Shown: positions 40,583-49,987, counted from the stretch's first letter. The stretch: DNA of 64,000 nt from Parcubacteria group bacterium GW2011_GWD2_38_12 (GCA_000992345.1 LBUA01000001.1:13542-77541), one strand, 5' to 3'. The notes: generated by a model from the letters alone, not told the origin. Numbers and translations are program-made.

Positions 40583-42442
40583 TTAATCGAGTCGGTAGAC
40601 GAAGATTGAGTGTCCAATCGTTGTAATCGGTTTTTTATCTTTGAGCCAGGAGTAGGTATCTTCCGGCTTCATAATAAATCCAGGAGCTGGTTTTCCATGA
40701 GCATTTTGAAGTAATGTGGCAGAAATAGCAAAATAGCCATGATATGGACCCTTTGATGATTGCCATTGGTCATATTTTTCACCAAGATAATATCTGGGTG
40801 ATCCGCCTCCGAAATATTCAACCCCAATTTTATTTATTTTATTTTTTTCAACATATTGAGTAAGCCGTTTTAAATCCTGTCCCCAGTCAAGATTGGAATC
40901 CACTACATATCTGTATCCATTTTTAGGTCCGCCGATCAATTCATTGAAATATGCTAAAAAATACGGGAAAGTGAAAATCGTGGCGATAGCGTACCAAAAA
41001 AGTAGGATTGCGATTAGCGCATAACGCGAGAAAATTTTCAGATATGAACCAATAACATTTCCGATTGCCTTGAATGGGAATTTAGATAGATCAATAATTT
41101 CATTTTTTAATATTGCCCATTTATTTATTTCTGCGCTAATTAGAACATAGACAAAGGGGAATGTCGGAATAATATGCCTGACTCCGATATTAAGATTGCT
41201 ACGGAGCGTGACAAGCCAATACAGTATAATAAATCCCAGCATCGCTACCTCGTGATAATTATTTTTTGCCCAGTGAATTAGAGCCGTAAACATTGATGGT
41301 TCTTCGTGGCGGCGCTTGGTATTGGCAATGAATAATTTTATGAATCCATAAATTGCAATTAGTATCATTATATGTTTAGCCAGTGGTTCTTTTATCAAAT
41401 AAACAATCAGGAAATAGCTTTTCCATCCTGCGGATGACACCTCGCCCAGGTAGTAGGTTGTATTGCCTCCGGTGGCGCGTTGAGTCACCATCAAAAACCC
41501 ATGACCGTATTGGGCAAATGGCCTTAAGATTGGTTTGTCAGACATCCAGATAATCGGATCTGCAAATAAGCGATTCCCGAATGAACCCAAATTGAATATG
41601 GTATCCGCTTTTTGACGCTCGGCGGGATAGTTCCATGTATGCCACTGATAAATCGGCCAGACAACGAAGATAAATCCAGCAGATATAATAGATACGCTCA
41701 TTACACCGTGCTTGAAAGAGCGCCAAATTTTTTCTTTGAATGGAGCGTCTGTTTGGATATATCCGTAGAGTAGGGCGAGTAATCCTAAAAATGGAATTAA
41801 TAAAAATGTGGAAAATTTCGCGAGTATCGCAAAGCCGAAAGCTAAAGAAGCAAGAATAAAGAATTTGGGAGTTTTATTGCGCAGAAATTTAACGAAATAA
41901 TATATAGAAATAAATATACCGGCAGTCGCTCCGATATCGGTGGTGACAAATCTTCCGTGGGCGAGTATTGTTGGAGAAAATACATAAAGGGTCAGTGCCA
42001 TCAAAGCCGTTTTATCTCCAAATTCCTCAAGAGTCCATTTGAAAATATAAAATCCAAGAAGTAGCATTATGAGTATCGGACCAATGCGTCCCCAGAAAAT
42101 TATTTTATCCGGATTATTTCCCGATTCATATAAAAATTGCGATCCCAAAACCCACTGGTCGTTTATATTTTCTTTCCACGCTTTGCCGTCGTTAGGAAAT
42201 TTAAGATCCATAAATTGCAGGGGAAGAGCGGCAATATCTTTTATAAGCGGAGGATGCTCTGGATTTAAGCGCATATCTTTGTATTTAAGATAGGAATATC
42301 CGGCAGCGATATGGGGAGATTCGTCCATAATAACAGAGTCGTTCCACATGCTGGCAACGGCCAAAATAAGCATTATGCCGAGTAATGCGCAAGCAAGGAT
42401 GTTGGTGAATTTGCGTTCAAACATATTTAAATTATGAATCAT
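40583..42442 (-). CDS. Polytopic membrane glycosyltransferase, GT-C superfamily (PMT/ArnT-like)
   Basis: N-terminal DESPHIAAGYSY...NPEHPPL loop-1 motif typical of GT39/GT83-like enzymes, 10 or more TM helices, and a C-terminal soluble domain. Confidence 0.5.
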   Translation of the reverse strand: MIHNLNMFERKFTNILACALLGIMLILAVASMWNDSVIMDESPHIAAGYSYLKYKDMRLNPEHPPLIKDIAALPLQFMDLKFPNDGKAWKENINDQWVLGSQFLYESGNNPDKIIFWGRIGPILIMLLLGFYIFKWTLEEFGDKTALMALTLYVFSPTILAHGRFVTTDIGATAGIFISIYYFVKFLRNKTPKFFILASLAFGFAILAKFSTFLLIPFLGLLALLYGYIQTDAPFKEKIWRSFKHGVMSVSIISAGFIFVVWPIYQWHTWNYPAERQKADTIFNLGSFGNRLFADPIIWMSDKPILRPFAQYGHGFLMVTQRATGGNTTYYLGEVSSAGWKSYFLIVYLIKEPLAKHIMILIAIYGFIKLFIANTKRRHEEPSMFTALIHWAKNNYHEVAMLGFIILYWLVTLRSNLNIGVRHIIPTFPFVYVLISAEINKWAILKNEIIDLSKFPFKAIGNVIGSYLKIFSRYALIAILLFWYAIATIFTFPYFLAYFNELIGGPKNGYRYVVDSNLDWGQDLKRLTQYVEKNKINKIGVEYFGGGSPRYYLGEKYDQWQSSKGPYHGYFAISATLLQNAHGKPAPGFIMKPEDTYSWLKDKKPITTIGHSIFVYRLD

Positions 42443-42521
42443 AAAACATGAATCAATTTTTAAAAATACGAATTTTAATTATTGAATGTATGTCGCGTGC
42501 TTCATGTTGTATGTTGCGTGA

Positions 42522-44192
42522 TTATTTAATTATATAATTAAATCCTTCCCCCTTTTCTAATTTTCCGGGAGCCAGAGATTGCAATTGTTTTGTTAAATTA
42601 TCATCATACTCCATTAATATAATAACATACGATTTATCATCATAAAAATTTCGCTTTTTTATATCGTTCGGCAATAAATAAATTATATTCTTTTCAAGTT
42701 GGTTGGTTTTTTTATAGCTGTTTGTTATAAACATTGTTGTCTGACTGGACATGGGAATGTTATTGACCAGTGCGCCCCCGCTATTTATTATTACGTATTT
42801 TTTTATATCCCCGGGCAGATTATTGATAAATCGGCCGATTTTAACGTAATTGTCGGAGAAAGCTCCTTTTATATTGGGATTATTAGCATAATTGACAAAG
42901 TATTTTCGATATCCGCTAAATGCCACGTAAAATAAGATAATAAAATATAGTGGCATAATTAATTTCTTGTTGGAATATAGGAAGATTTTCTTTTTAAAAA
43001 AATTATAAAGTGTAAAAGTTCCAAGGCCGGCAAGTATGAATGTTGGAGGGATGGCGCCGATGGATCTTAAAGCATGCGGCAGGCCTTCGGTGCTCAAGAT
43101 TGACGGAGCAAGCATAGCGGAAAACCACGCAAGTAAAAATATGTGTTGCAAGGGGATGGGATTGTGCGGGAATTTTTTCAGTAATTGGTAGCAGAATTTC
43201 AGGAATTTTTTTAAACAGATGAAAATACCGATTAAGAAGAAAATGCCGACAGGCCAGAAAAGCAATGGTGAACCCGCAAAGTTATGCCGCCAATTCCAGT
43301 CGCCAATAAAATTAAATTGCGCAAGTGTCAAAATAGAGCTTTTTATTACTTCTGTTATTGGATTCTCCGAAGCGAAAATCGAAACCTGTCCGGCTCTGCC
43401 GATGAAATCATCCGGATGAATGTAGAAATAATAGAATATCGGCAATGCCGCAAGAAGGGCAAAAGAGCCGTAAATAACGATGTTATAGAAGAATTCTTTT
43501 AATAATTCTTTTTTGTTTGCGCTATTTTCAATATCGCCGGCGCCATTTGTTCTTATTATTTCAATTAATTTAAAAATCAAAACTGCAATTACCACAATTG
43601 GAACGATACGAAAAGCGATATAGGTGTGAAAACCAAGACCCATGAATATGCCAGCCCAAATAAAATTAATATTTTTTTTAGTTCTAAATCCTTTAAATAA
43701 AAAATAAAAAGAAAAAGTCGTGAGAAACGGCAACATAATGGCGCGAAAACCAATACGGGAGAAGTTTGTATGCCAGAAGCTCACAGCGAGAAAGAAAGAT
43801 GATAAAAGAGCAATAATTTTTGAATTATGAAGTATGAATTTTGAATTATGGAGATTATTTTCTGGCTCCAATTCTTGATTCATAATTCTTGATTCATAAT
43901 TCTTTTTGCAAAAAAGCTCTTTGGTCAATAAATACACTCCTAAAACTGTTAATACGCCAAACAATGCGCTTACTAGTCGCAATGCCCACGGCTCATTGCC
44001 GAATGTCGCGACAGATAGCGCCTGGATATTTATAAAAAGTCCTTCGCGACCGTTATTTTCCGGATAAAATATCTTAAAATTTCCAGTTGAGAGCGCTTCC
44101 AGCGCGTTGTTGCCGTTCATAGCTTCGTCCGGGTAAAGTCCGGGCGGCATCTGGGCTATATTGTAGAAACGGAAAAAAGTCGCTATAATCAA
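42522..44192 (-). CDS. Polytopic membrane glycosyltransferase, GT-C superfamily (ArnT/PMT-like), second paralogue
   Basis: N-terminal RFYNIAQMPPGLYPDEAMNG (DE motif in the first extracytoplasmic loop), and more than 10 TM helices. Confidence 0.55.
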   Translation of the reverse strand: MIIATFFRFYNIAQMPPGLYPDEAMNGNNALEALSTGNFKIFYPENNGREGLFINIQALSVATFGNEPWALRLVSALFGVLTVLGVYLLTKELFCKKNYESRIMNQELEPENNLHNSKFILHNSKIIALLSSFFLAVSFWHTNFSRIGFRAIMLPFLTTFSFYFLFKGFRTKKNINFIWAGIFMGLGFHTYIAFRIVPIVVIAVLIFKLIEIIRTNGAGDIENSANKKELLKEFFYNIVIYGSFALLAALPIFYYFYIHPDDFIGRAGQVSIFASENPITEVIKSSILTLAQFNFIGDWNWRHNFAGSPLLFWPVGIFFLIGIFICLKKFLKFCYQLLKKFPHNPIPLQHIFLLAWFSAMLAPSILSTEGLPHALRSIGAIPPTFILAGLGTFTLYNFFKKKIFLYSNKKLIMPLYFIILFYVAFSGYRKYFVNYANNPNIKGAFSDNYVKIGRFINNLPGDIKKYVIINSGGALVNNIPMSSQTTMFITNSYKKTNQLEKNIIYLLPNDIKKRNFYDDKSYVIILMEYDDNLTKQLQSLAPGKLEKGEGFNYIIK

Positions 44193-44284
44193 GATGGCAA
44201 TTAGATAGATTTTATATTTATGAGTTTTGATAAATTGTATATTTAAGTGATCAAGCGATCTTATAAATTATATCAAATTAATCC

Positions 44285-44773
44285 GTGGAAAACCATAAAG
44301 ATAAAAAGAAGGAGATTCCAGCTTTTATGGAAACAAATTCAGTGCAAAGTTTAGAGGCGCAACCAAAAACTCAGCTTCACGAAGAAATCGCCGAACTTGA
44401 AAAAAATTTAGAAGAGAAAAAGCGTTTGGCGGGAATATCAGGCGTTGAGATTCCTTACGAAAAAGAGGTTTTTAAGGATGTTATTAAAGAGCATATCTCT
44501 CAAAAAAGAGAGCAGATTTTGTCTTCTCTACCGCCTTCACAAGCGCAGGCACAACAGGCACAAGTGGCAGATGACGCGCAAAAATTAAAAGAATTGACCG
44601 AGCAGAAACAGCTTGAGGAGTTAATAGGTATTGCTCATAAAAAAAGTCCGATTGCCGCGGCGCATATTGCCGAACATATGAAAAATCCCAGATTACTTGA
44701 TAGCTTTCATGATTATTTGACTGATCAATTGTATGATTATTTAGTAAAAACCAGAAAATTAAGAGAACTTTAA
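44285..44773 (+). CDS. Hypothetical coiled-coil protein
   Basis: ORF only. Gln/Ala-rich low-complexity centre. Confidence 0.35.
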   Translation: MENHKDKKKEIPAFMETNSVQSLEAQPKTQLHEEIAELEKNLEEKKRLAGISGVEIPYEKEVFKDVIKEHISQKREQILSSLPPSQAQAQQAQVADDAQKLKELTEQKQLEELIGIAHKKSPIAAAHIAEHMKNPRLLDSFHDYLTDQLYDYLVKTRKLREL

Positions 44774-44852
44774 GTTAGCTATTCCAGTGGTTCAGCTATT
44801 TTAGCGGTTTAGCTTCGGCTATACTGCTATACCGCCATACCGCTTACCGCCC

Positions 44853-47303
44853 TTGATTTTAAATCTAAATTTAGACCCCAGAATATTGATTATTATTATT
44901 TTATTTGTAGCGCTGACCATTTCAATAATTGTCGCGCTAATTTTTATTTCTCGCATGAAAGAAGAGGGGAGATTGGAGCGGTCATTGAATATGGTTTTAT
45001 TTTTAGTGACATTGCCGAGATTCAAGCCGGAAAAAGAGGGCGAAAAACGTGAAGAGAAAAATTTTATAGCGATATCGGAACAGTTTTTTACCGGTTTATC
45101 GGAGATAACAGACAAGGGATTTTTGAAAAATTTTATTTATGGCCAGCCGTACTTGGTACTGGAGATGGCTGTGTCGTCAAATGCCAATGAAATAGTTTTT
45201 TATATTGCTGTCCCGAGAAAATTTTCCGAAATTCTAGAAAGACAAATTCATAGTTTTTTCCCCGGCGCTTTTTATGAGAGAGTAAAAGACTACAACCCCT
45301 TTGTTTCGGGTGGATATACTGCCGCATCTTATGTTTCTCTTGCCAAGCATTATGCAATGCCGGTTCGCACATATCAAAAAATGGAAGTTGATCCATTAAG
45401 CGCGTTCGCTAATTCGCTCTCAAAGTTGCAGGAAAAGGGAGAAGGCGGAGCGATACAACTATTAATTTCTCCTGCAAAAAATTGGCAAAAATTCAGTTCG
45501 GAAGTGATAAGGCAAATGCAAAAAGGATTGGAATTTTCTAGAGCTATCAAAAGGGCGCAGGGCGGCGTTTGGGAAACTATCAATGAAATATTTATCAAGA
45601 AAAAAAAAGAGAAAGAGCCAAAATTATTGACGCCAATCCAAGAAGAGGAAATAAAAATTATCAGCGAAAAGGCGCAAAAAGTCGGTTTTGCGGTAAATAT
45701 TAATCTTGTGGCTTCGGCGCAAACGAAAGCCAGAGCAGAAGAAATTTTATCGCAAATAGAGAAAAGTTTTACCCAATTTTCTTCACCTAATCTTAATTCT
45801 TTCAAAATTAATCGTTTGAGCAGTAAGGTGGCTGAAGATATAATTTATGATTTTTCCTTTCGGATTTTTCACATACACAGCAAAATGATTTTAAATACAG
45901 AAGAATTGGCGAGTATATATCATTTCCCCACTCCGTATTTGGAAACGCCCAAGATAAGATATCTGACCTTCAAAAAAGCTCCTCCGCCGGTAACTTTACC
46001 AGAGGAAGGGGTGATGCTGGGAATAAATATTTATCGCGGCATTGAGACTACCGTGAAGATGACGCGCGATGACAGGAGAAGACATTTGTATGTTATCGGT
46101 CAAACCGGCACGGGAAAAACATTTTTATTGCAAAATATGATTCGCCAAGATATGGAAAACGGTGACGGATGCTGTTTCATCGATCCGCACGGTGAGGCGA
46201 TTGAATACATTTTGGGATTAGTGCCGAAAAATAGGGCGGATGATGTCGTGGTTTTTGACCCAGCCGACCTTGAAAGGCCTTTAGCGTTGAATTTTCTGGA
46301 GTATGACCCTGCCCATCCGGAACAGAAAACTTTCATTACCAATGAACTGCTTGTGATATTGGATCGACTTTATAATCTTAAAGAAACCGGCGGGCCAATG
46401 TTTGAAAGATATTTAAGAAATACTTTGGGGCTTTTGATGGATTTTCCGGAAAAAGGATTTACTTTGATGGAGATACCAAAAATTTTTGCTGATGAAGATT
46501 TCAGGAATAATCTTTTGGCGAATTGCAAAGATATTTTAGTAAAAGAATTTTGGGAAAAAGAGGCGCTTAAAGTGAAGGGTGAAGGATCGTTGGCTGAGTT
46601 GACCCCATATATCACCAGTAAATTTGGCATATTTATAAATAATGATTATATGAGGCCCATTATCGGCCAATCAAAAAGCACTTTGAATTTTAGCGATATT
46701 ATAAATAACAAAAAGATATTATTGATAAATCTTTCTAAGGGGAAAATAGGCGATATAAATTCGCAGTTGCTCGGTATGATAGTTGTCGGTAAATTAACTC
46801 AAGCGGCATTGGCGCGTGTTGATATGCCCCAAGAACAAAGAAAAGATTTTTATTTATACATTGACGAGTTTCAAAATTACACCACTCCGTCGATTTCCAC
46901 TATTTTATCCGAGGCGAGAAAATATCGGCTATGTCTTAATTTGGCGCATCAATTTATTGGTCAATTGCCTGAAGATATTTCAAAAGCTGTTTTTGGCAAT
47001 GTCGGATCTCTGGCGCTTTTTCGGGTTGGACCGGAAGACGCGGAATTTTTGACGCAATTTTTAAAGCCGGTATTTTCCGAATATGATTTGATAAATTTGG
47101 ATAATCGGAACGCATTGGTCAAGTTGTTGGTAAATGGCGCAGTGACTCAGTCATTTAACATTACCACGACAATGACCGATATTCCGTCGCCCGATTTGGA
47201 GATTACCTCTGCCATCAAACAGCTTTCTCGCTTGAAATTTGGGCGCGATAAAGTGATAATAGAAGAAGAGATAAGAACTCGCTATAAACAATCTGACAAT
47301 TAA
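44853..47303 (+). CDS. Membrane-anchored P-loop ATPase of the TraD/TraG/VirD4 (type IV coupling protein)-like family
   Basis: N-terminal TM helix, then HLYVIGQTGTGKTFLL Walker A followed by CFIDPHGE, then Walker B YIDEFQNY and SEARKYRLCLNLAHQFIGQL, all as in T4CP/TrwB-type ATPases. Confidence 0.55.
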   Translation: MILNLNLDPRILIIIILFVALTISIIVALIFISRMKEEGRLERSLNMVLFLVTLPRFKPEKEGEKREEKNFIAISEQFFTGLSEITDKGFLKNFIYGQPYLVLEMAVSSNANEIVFYIAVPRKFSEILERQIHSFFPGAFYERVKDYNPFVSGGYTAASYVSLAKHYAMPVRTYQKMEVDPLSAFANSLSKLQEKGEGGAIQLLISPAKNWQKFSSEVIRQMQKGLEFSRAIKRAQGGVWETINEIFIKKKKEKEPKLLTPIQEEEIKIISEKAQKVGFAVNINLVASAQTKARAEEILSQIEKSFTQFSSPNLNSFKINRLSSKVAEDIIYDFSFRIFHIHSKMILNTEELASIYHFPTPYLETPKIRYLTFKKAPPPVTLPEEGVMLGINIYRGIETTVKMTRDDRRRHLYVIGQTGTGKTFLLQNMIRQDMENGDGCCFIDPHGEAIEYILGLVPKNRADDVVVFDPADLERPLALNFLEYDPAHPEQKTFITNELLVILDRLYNLKETGGPMFERYLRNTLGLLMDFPEKGFTLMEIPKIFADEDFRNNLLANCKDILVKEFWEKEALKVKGEGSLAELTPYITSKFGIFINNDYMRPIIGQSKSTLNFSDIINNKKILLINLSKGKIGDINSQLLGMIVVGKLTQAALARVDMPQEQRKDFYLYIDEFQNYTTPSISTILSEARKYRLCLNLAHQFIGQLPEDISKAVFGNVGSLALFRVGPEDAEFLTQFLKPVFSEYDLINLDNRNALVKLLVNGAVTQSFNITTTMTDIPSPDLEITSAIKQLSRLKFGRDKVIIEEEIRTRYKQSDN

Positions 47304-47306
47304 CAA

Positions 47307-48023
47307 ATGACGATTGACTATTTGGTCAAATGTCAAAGGTTAAAAGTCAAGAAGTTTGCAAAACATATGGAACAACCATTTCAGAGGGCTCAAGCAACGG
47401 TCGCGGTGGAATCAGCTTCTCCTGTGATTAAGTTTAGAAAAGGGGACGCAATAGCTTCGGTGGCGTTGGGGCTTATCATCGGATTTTTTACGCCGTTTAT
47501 TTTAAATAATATCGGACGGACTTTGCCTCTTCAGGATTTTTATTTTGTAATCTTCCCTATTGTGGCGCTGATGGGAATGTGGATTGTTTTTTTGATTGCC
47601 GCGAGAGTTCCGGTTTTGGTGCAGATTACGAAATTTGGCGCAATTGGCGCAGCTAATACCGTAATTGATTTTGGGATATTGAATTTTCTGTCTTTCAAAT
47701 TCCAGATTTTTAGCGGAGGAAGTCTGACTATATTGAATATTATTTCTTTTAGTGTCGCCGTCATAAATAGTTATTTTTGGAACAAGCACTGGACTTTTAA
47801 ATCCGAGCAAAATAATTCCAGCAAACAATTTATAGAGTTTATTGTTGTGTCCGTTATAGGAGTATTAATAAATACTGGAATAGTTTATTTAATGACGACT
47901 TTGGTTATTCCTTTTGCTGGTATTTCCGAGCAGATTTGGTTAAATATCGGCAAATTGATGGCAACATTTATTTCTCTTGCATGGAACTTCGCTGGTTATA
48001 AATTTATAGTGTTTAGAAAATAA
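47307..48023 (+). CDS. GtrA-family polyprenol-phosphate-sugar flippase-like membrane protein with an N-terminal extension
   Basis: C-terminal about 130 aa with 4 TM helices and GtrA hallmarks (KFGAIGAANTVIDFGILNFL ... FWNKHWTF ... WNFAGYKFIVFRK). Confidence 0.65.
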   Translation: MTIDYLVKCQRLKVKKFAKHMEQPFQRAQATVAVESASPVIKFRKGDAIASVALGLIIGFFTPFILNNIGRTLPLQDFYFVIFPIVALMGMWIVFLIAARVPVLVQITKFGAIGAANTVIDFGILNFLSFKFQIFSGGSLTILNIISFSVAVINSYFWNKHWTFKSEQNNSSKQFIEFIVVSVIGVLINTGIVYLMTTLVIPFAGISEQIWLNIGKLMATFISLAWNFAGYKFIVFRK

Positions 48024-48034
48024 GGGCTTTATTA

Positions 48035-48198
48035 AAATTTTAGAGCAGAAAGCAAATAAAATTTAGATAGTAAATCTTAACCTTGTTAAATCCCCGCGGA
48101 GCTGGGGCGCCAAAGGCGCATTTAACAGGGTACTCGATTTTGAAATAAAATTTTGCGCACTCCGCAAAGCTTCGTTTCAAAATTTCGATAAAATCGGC
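48035..48198 (+). repeat. Family-1 structured repeat element, copy 2 (full length); its last three bases are the ATG of the downstream gene
   Basis: About 85% identical to 53725-53871. Nested hairpins: ccttgttaaat/atttaacaggg enclosing ccccgc-gga-gctgggg and gcgcc-aaa-ggcgc, then ttttgaaat...[tttgcg-cactc-cgcaaa]...cgtttcaaaa, then ..aaaatcggcATG. Confidence 0.75.
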
Positions 48199-48684
48199 AT
48201 GTATGAGATTTATAAATTTTTACATGGAATTGGAATTTTAATGACTGTTGGCGTGATTACCGCGTCGCTTATTTACGGTTGGTATAAAAAATTATTCCCA
48301 AATAATAAATTATTAACCAAAATCCAATTTCCATATAAGTGGATATCTCCGTCGGTGAAAATTGGCCTTGTTGTTTTAATTATTTCCGGCCTTGGGATGT
48401 ATGCGGAGAGAGCGGAACAATTCAATAGTTCGGCGGTTTTTTGGATAAAAATGGGTTTTGTTTTGGCGCTTGTAATAAATAATATTTGGTTAAACAGCAT
48501 TTTAAAACCAAAAGGCAAAAAGATATTTTCCGATCCAGTTCTTGCCAATTCGCCGGAAGCCTTAAAACTTAAAAAGACATTTAATTTTGCAGAAAATCTG
48601 TCTTTATTTTTATGGTTCACAACCATGATTGTAAGTTTTCTTTTGCCTGAGGGCCGTGAAGAGCGCGGAGGAAGAGAATTTTAA
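48199..48684 (+). CDS. Hypothetical membrane protein (4 TM)
   Basis: ORF with TM helices. The start codon is supplied by the upstream repeat element. Confidence 0.4.
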   Translation: MYEIYKFLHGIGILMTVGVITASLIYGWYKKLFPNNKLLTKIQFPYKWISPSVKIGLVVLIISGLGMYAERAEQFNSSAVFWIKMGFVLALVINNIWLNSILKPKGKKIFSDPVLANSPEALKLKKTFNFAENLSLFLWFTTMIVSFLLPEGREERGGREF

Positions 48685-48766
48685 TTATAGATTTATAACA
48701 CACAGAGCATGCAGCATGAAGTCCGCCGCGGCGGATTCATGTTTCATGTCTCATGTTTTATGTTGC

Positions 48767-49882
48767 ATGAGCTTAGTTTTATATCGTAAATATCGTCCTA
48801 AAACTTTTGCCGAGATTAGCGGGCAAAAGCATATTGTTGAAACCTTGGTCAATGCCATAAAGAGCGGGCGAGTAGCGCATGCCTATTTATTTTGCGGTCC
48901 GCGCGGCACAGGCAAGACGACTATGGCGCGTTTACTTGCCAAAGCATTAAATTGCGAAAAACTTTTAACTTTTAACTTTAAACTTTCAACTGACCCAATA
49001 GAGCCGTGTAATAAATGTTTGAGTTGTCAGTCAATCAACGATGGCAATGCTCTGGATATCATTGAAATAGACGCGGCTTCCAATAGGGGTATTAATGAAA
49101 TTCGCGATTTGCGCGAAGGAGTAAAATTTTCTCCAGCCGCGCTTAAATACAAAGTATTTATTATTGACGAGGTACATATGTTAACCAAAGAAGCGTTCAA
49201 TGCTCTGCTTAAAACACTGGAAGAGCCGCCCCAGCACGCCATTTTTATTTTGGCCACAACCGAAGCGAATAAAATACCAGCGACGATTTTATCGCGTTGT
49301 CAGAGATTTGATTTTAGAAAATTATCGGTCAATGAGATTATAGAAAGGCTGAATGGAATTATAAAAAAGGAGGGGATAGATTGCGGCGATGATGTTGTAA
49401 GCTTTATTGCGACAATCAGCGATGGCGGACTTCGCGATGCTGAGTCATTGCTTGGCCAAATTATTAGCGTATCGAGCGGGAAAATAGATTTGGAAACGGT
49501 TCAGGATGTTTTAGGGATTGCCGACATGAGAGATGTATATGCATTTGTTGATTTGCTTATTAATAATAATCATCAGGAAATTTTTAAATTTATCAATAAT
49601 CTTTTTAATCAGGGAAAAGATATGGCGGAGTTTATGAGATCATCTTCTAATTATTTAAGAAAAATGATGATTTGTCAGATTGACAATGCGCTTGTTGCCA
49701 CCGTAGCCAAAGATATGACACGCGAACAACAGGTAAATTTGTGCTCCCAGGCGCAAAAATTTGAAAATGCCAAGATTCATAAAATAGTGGCCCGACTAGT
49801 GGATGCTGAAAATCAAATTAAAAAATCATTCTCTCCTATTATTCCCATTGAGCTTGCTATGATTGATATTTTAGGGATATAA
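48767..49882 (+). CDS. dnaX: DNA polymerase III subunit gamma/tau (short, gamma-like), with an in-frame TTAACTT (reverse AAAGTTA) heptamer insert
   Basis: YRPKTFAEISGQKHIV, Walker A GPRGTGKTT, Zn module CNKCLSCQ, DEVHML and SRCQRF. The insert reads LLTFNFKLSTD between the Walker A and the zinc module. Confidence 0.9.
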   Translation: MSLVLYRKYRPKTFAEISGQKHIVETLVNAIKSGRVAHAYLFCGPRGTGKTTMARLLAKALNCEKLLTFNFKLSTDPIEPCNKCLSCQSINDGNALDIIEIDAASNRGINEIRDLREGVKFSPAALKYKVFIIDEVHMLTKEAFNALLKTLEEPPQHAIFILATTEANKIPATILSRCQRFDFRKLSVNEIIERLNGIIKKEGIDCGDDVVSFIATISDGGLRDAESLLGQIISVSSGKIDLETVQDVLGIADMRDVYAFVDLLINNNHQEIFKFINNLFNQGKDMAEFMRSSSNYLRKMMICQIDNALVATVAKDMTREQQVNLCSQAQKFENAKIHKIVARLVDAENQIKKSFSPIIPIELAMIDILGI

Positions 49883-49884
49883 TT

Positions 49885-49912
49885 TTCTAGCTTCTAGCTT
49901 CTAGCTTCTAGC
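49885..49912. repeat. TTCTAGC heptamer x4 tandem repeat immediately upstream of tRNA-Gln
   Basis: ttctagcttctagcttctagcttctagc. Confidence 0.85.
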
Positions 49913-49916
49913 TTTT

Positions 49917-49987
49917 TGCGGGATCGTCTAATGGTAGGACTCCGCCCTTTGAAGGCGGCTATCTTGGTTCGAATCCAGGTCCCGCAG
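49917..49987 (+). tRNA. tRNA-Gln (anticodon UUG), CCA not encoded
   Basis: Manual cloverleaf: acceptor TGCGGGA/TCCCGCA (U1-A72, G73 discriminator as in bacterial tRNA-Gln), D-arm GTCT-AATGGTA-GGAC, anticodon arm CCGCC-CTTTGAA-GGCGG, T-arm CTTGG-TTCGAAT-CCAGG. Confidence 0.85.

Noticed and set aside
49917-49987. Alternative tRNA boundaries starting at G49918 (acceptor GCGGGAT)
   Set aside because: This would force overlap between T-stem and acceptor 3' strand. The model starting at T49917 gives a standard 7/4/5/5-bp cloverleaf with U1-A72 and G73, characteristic of bacterial tRNA-Gln.
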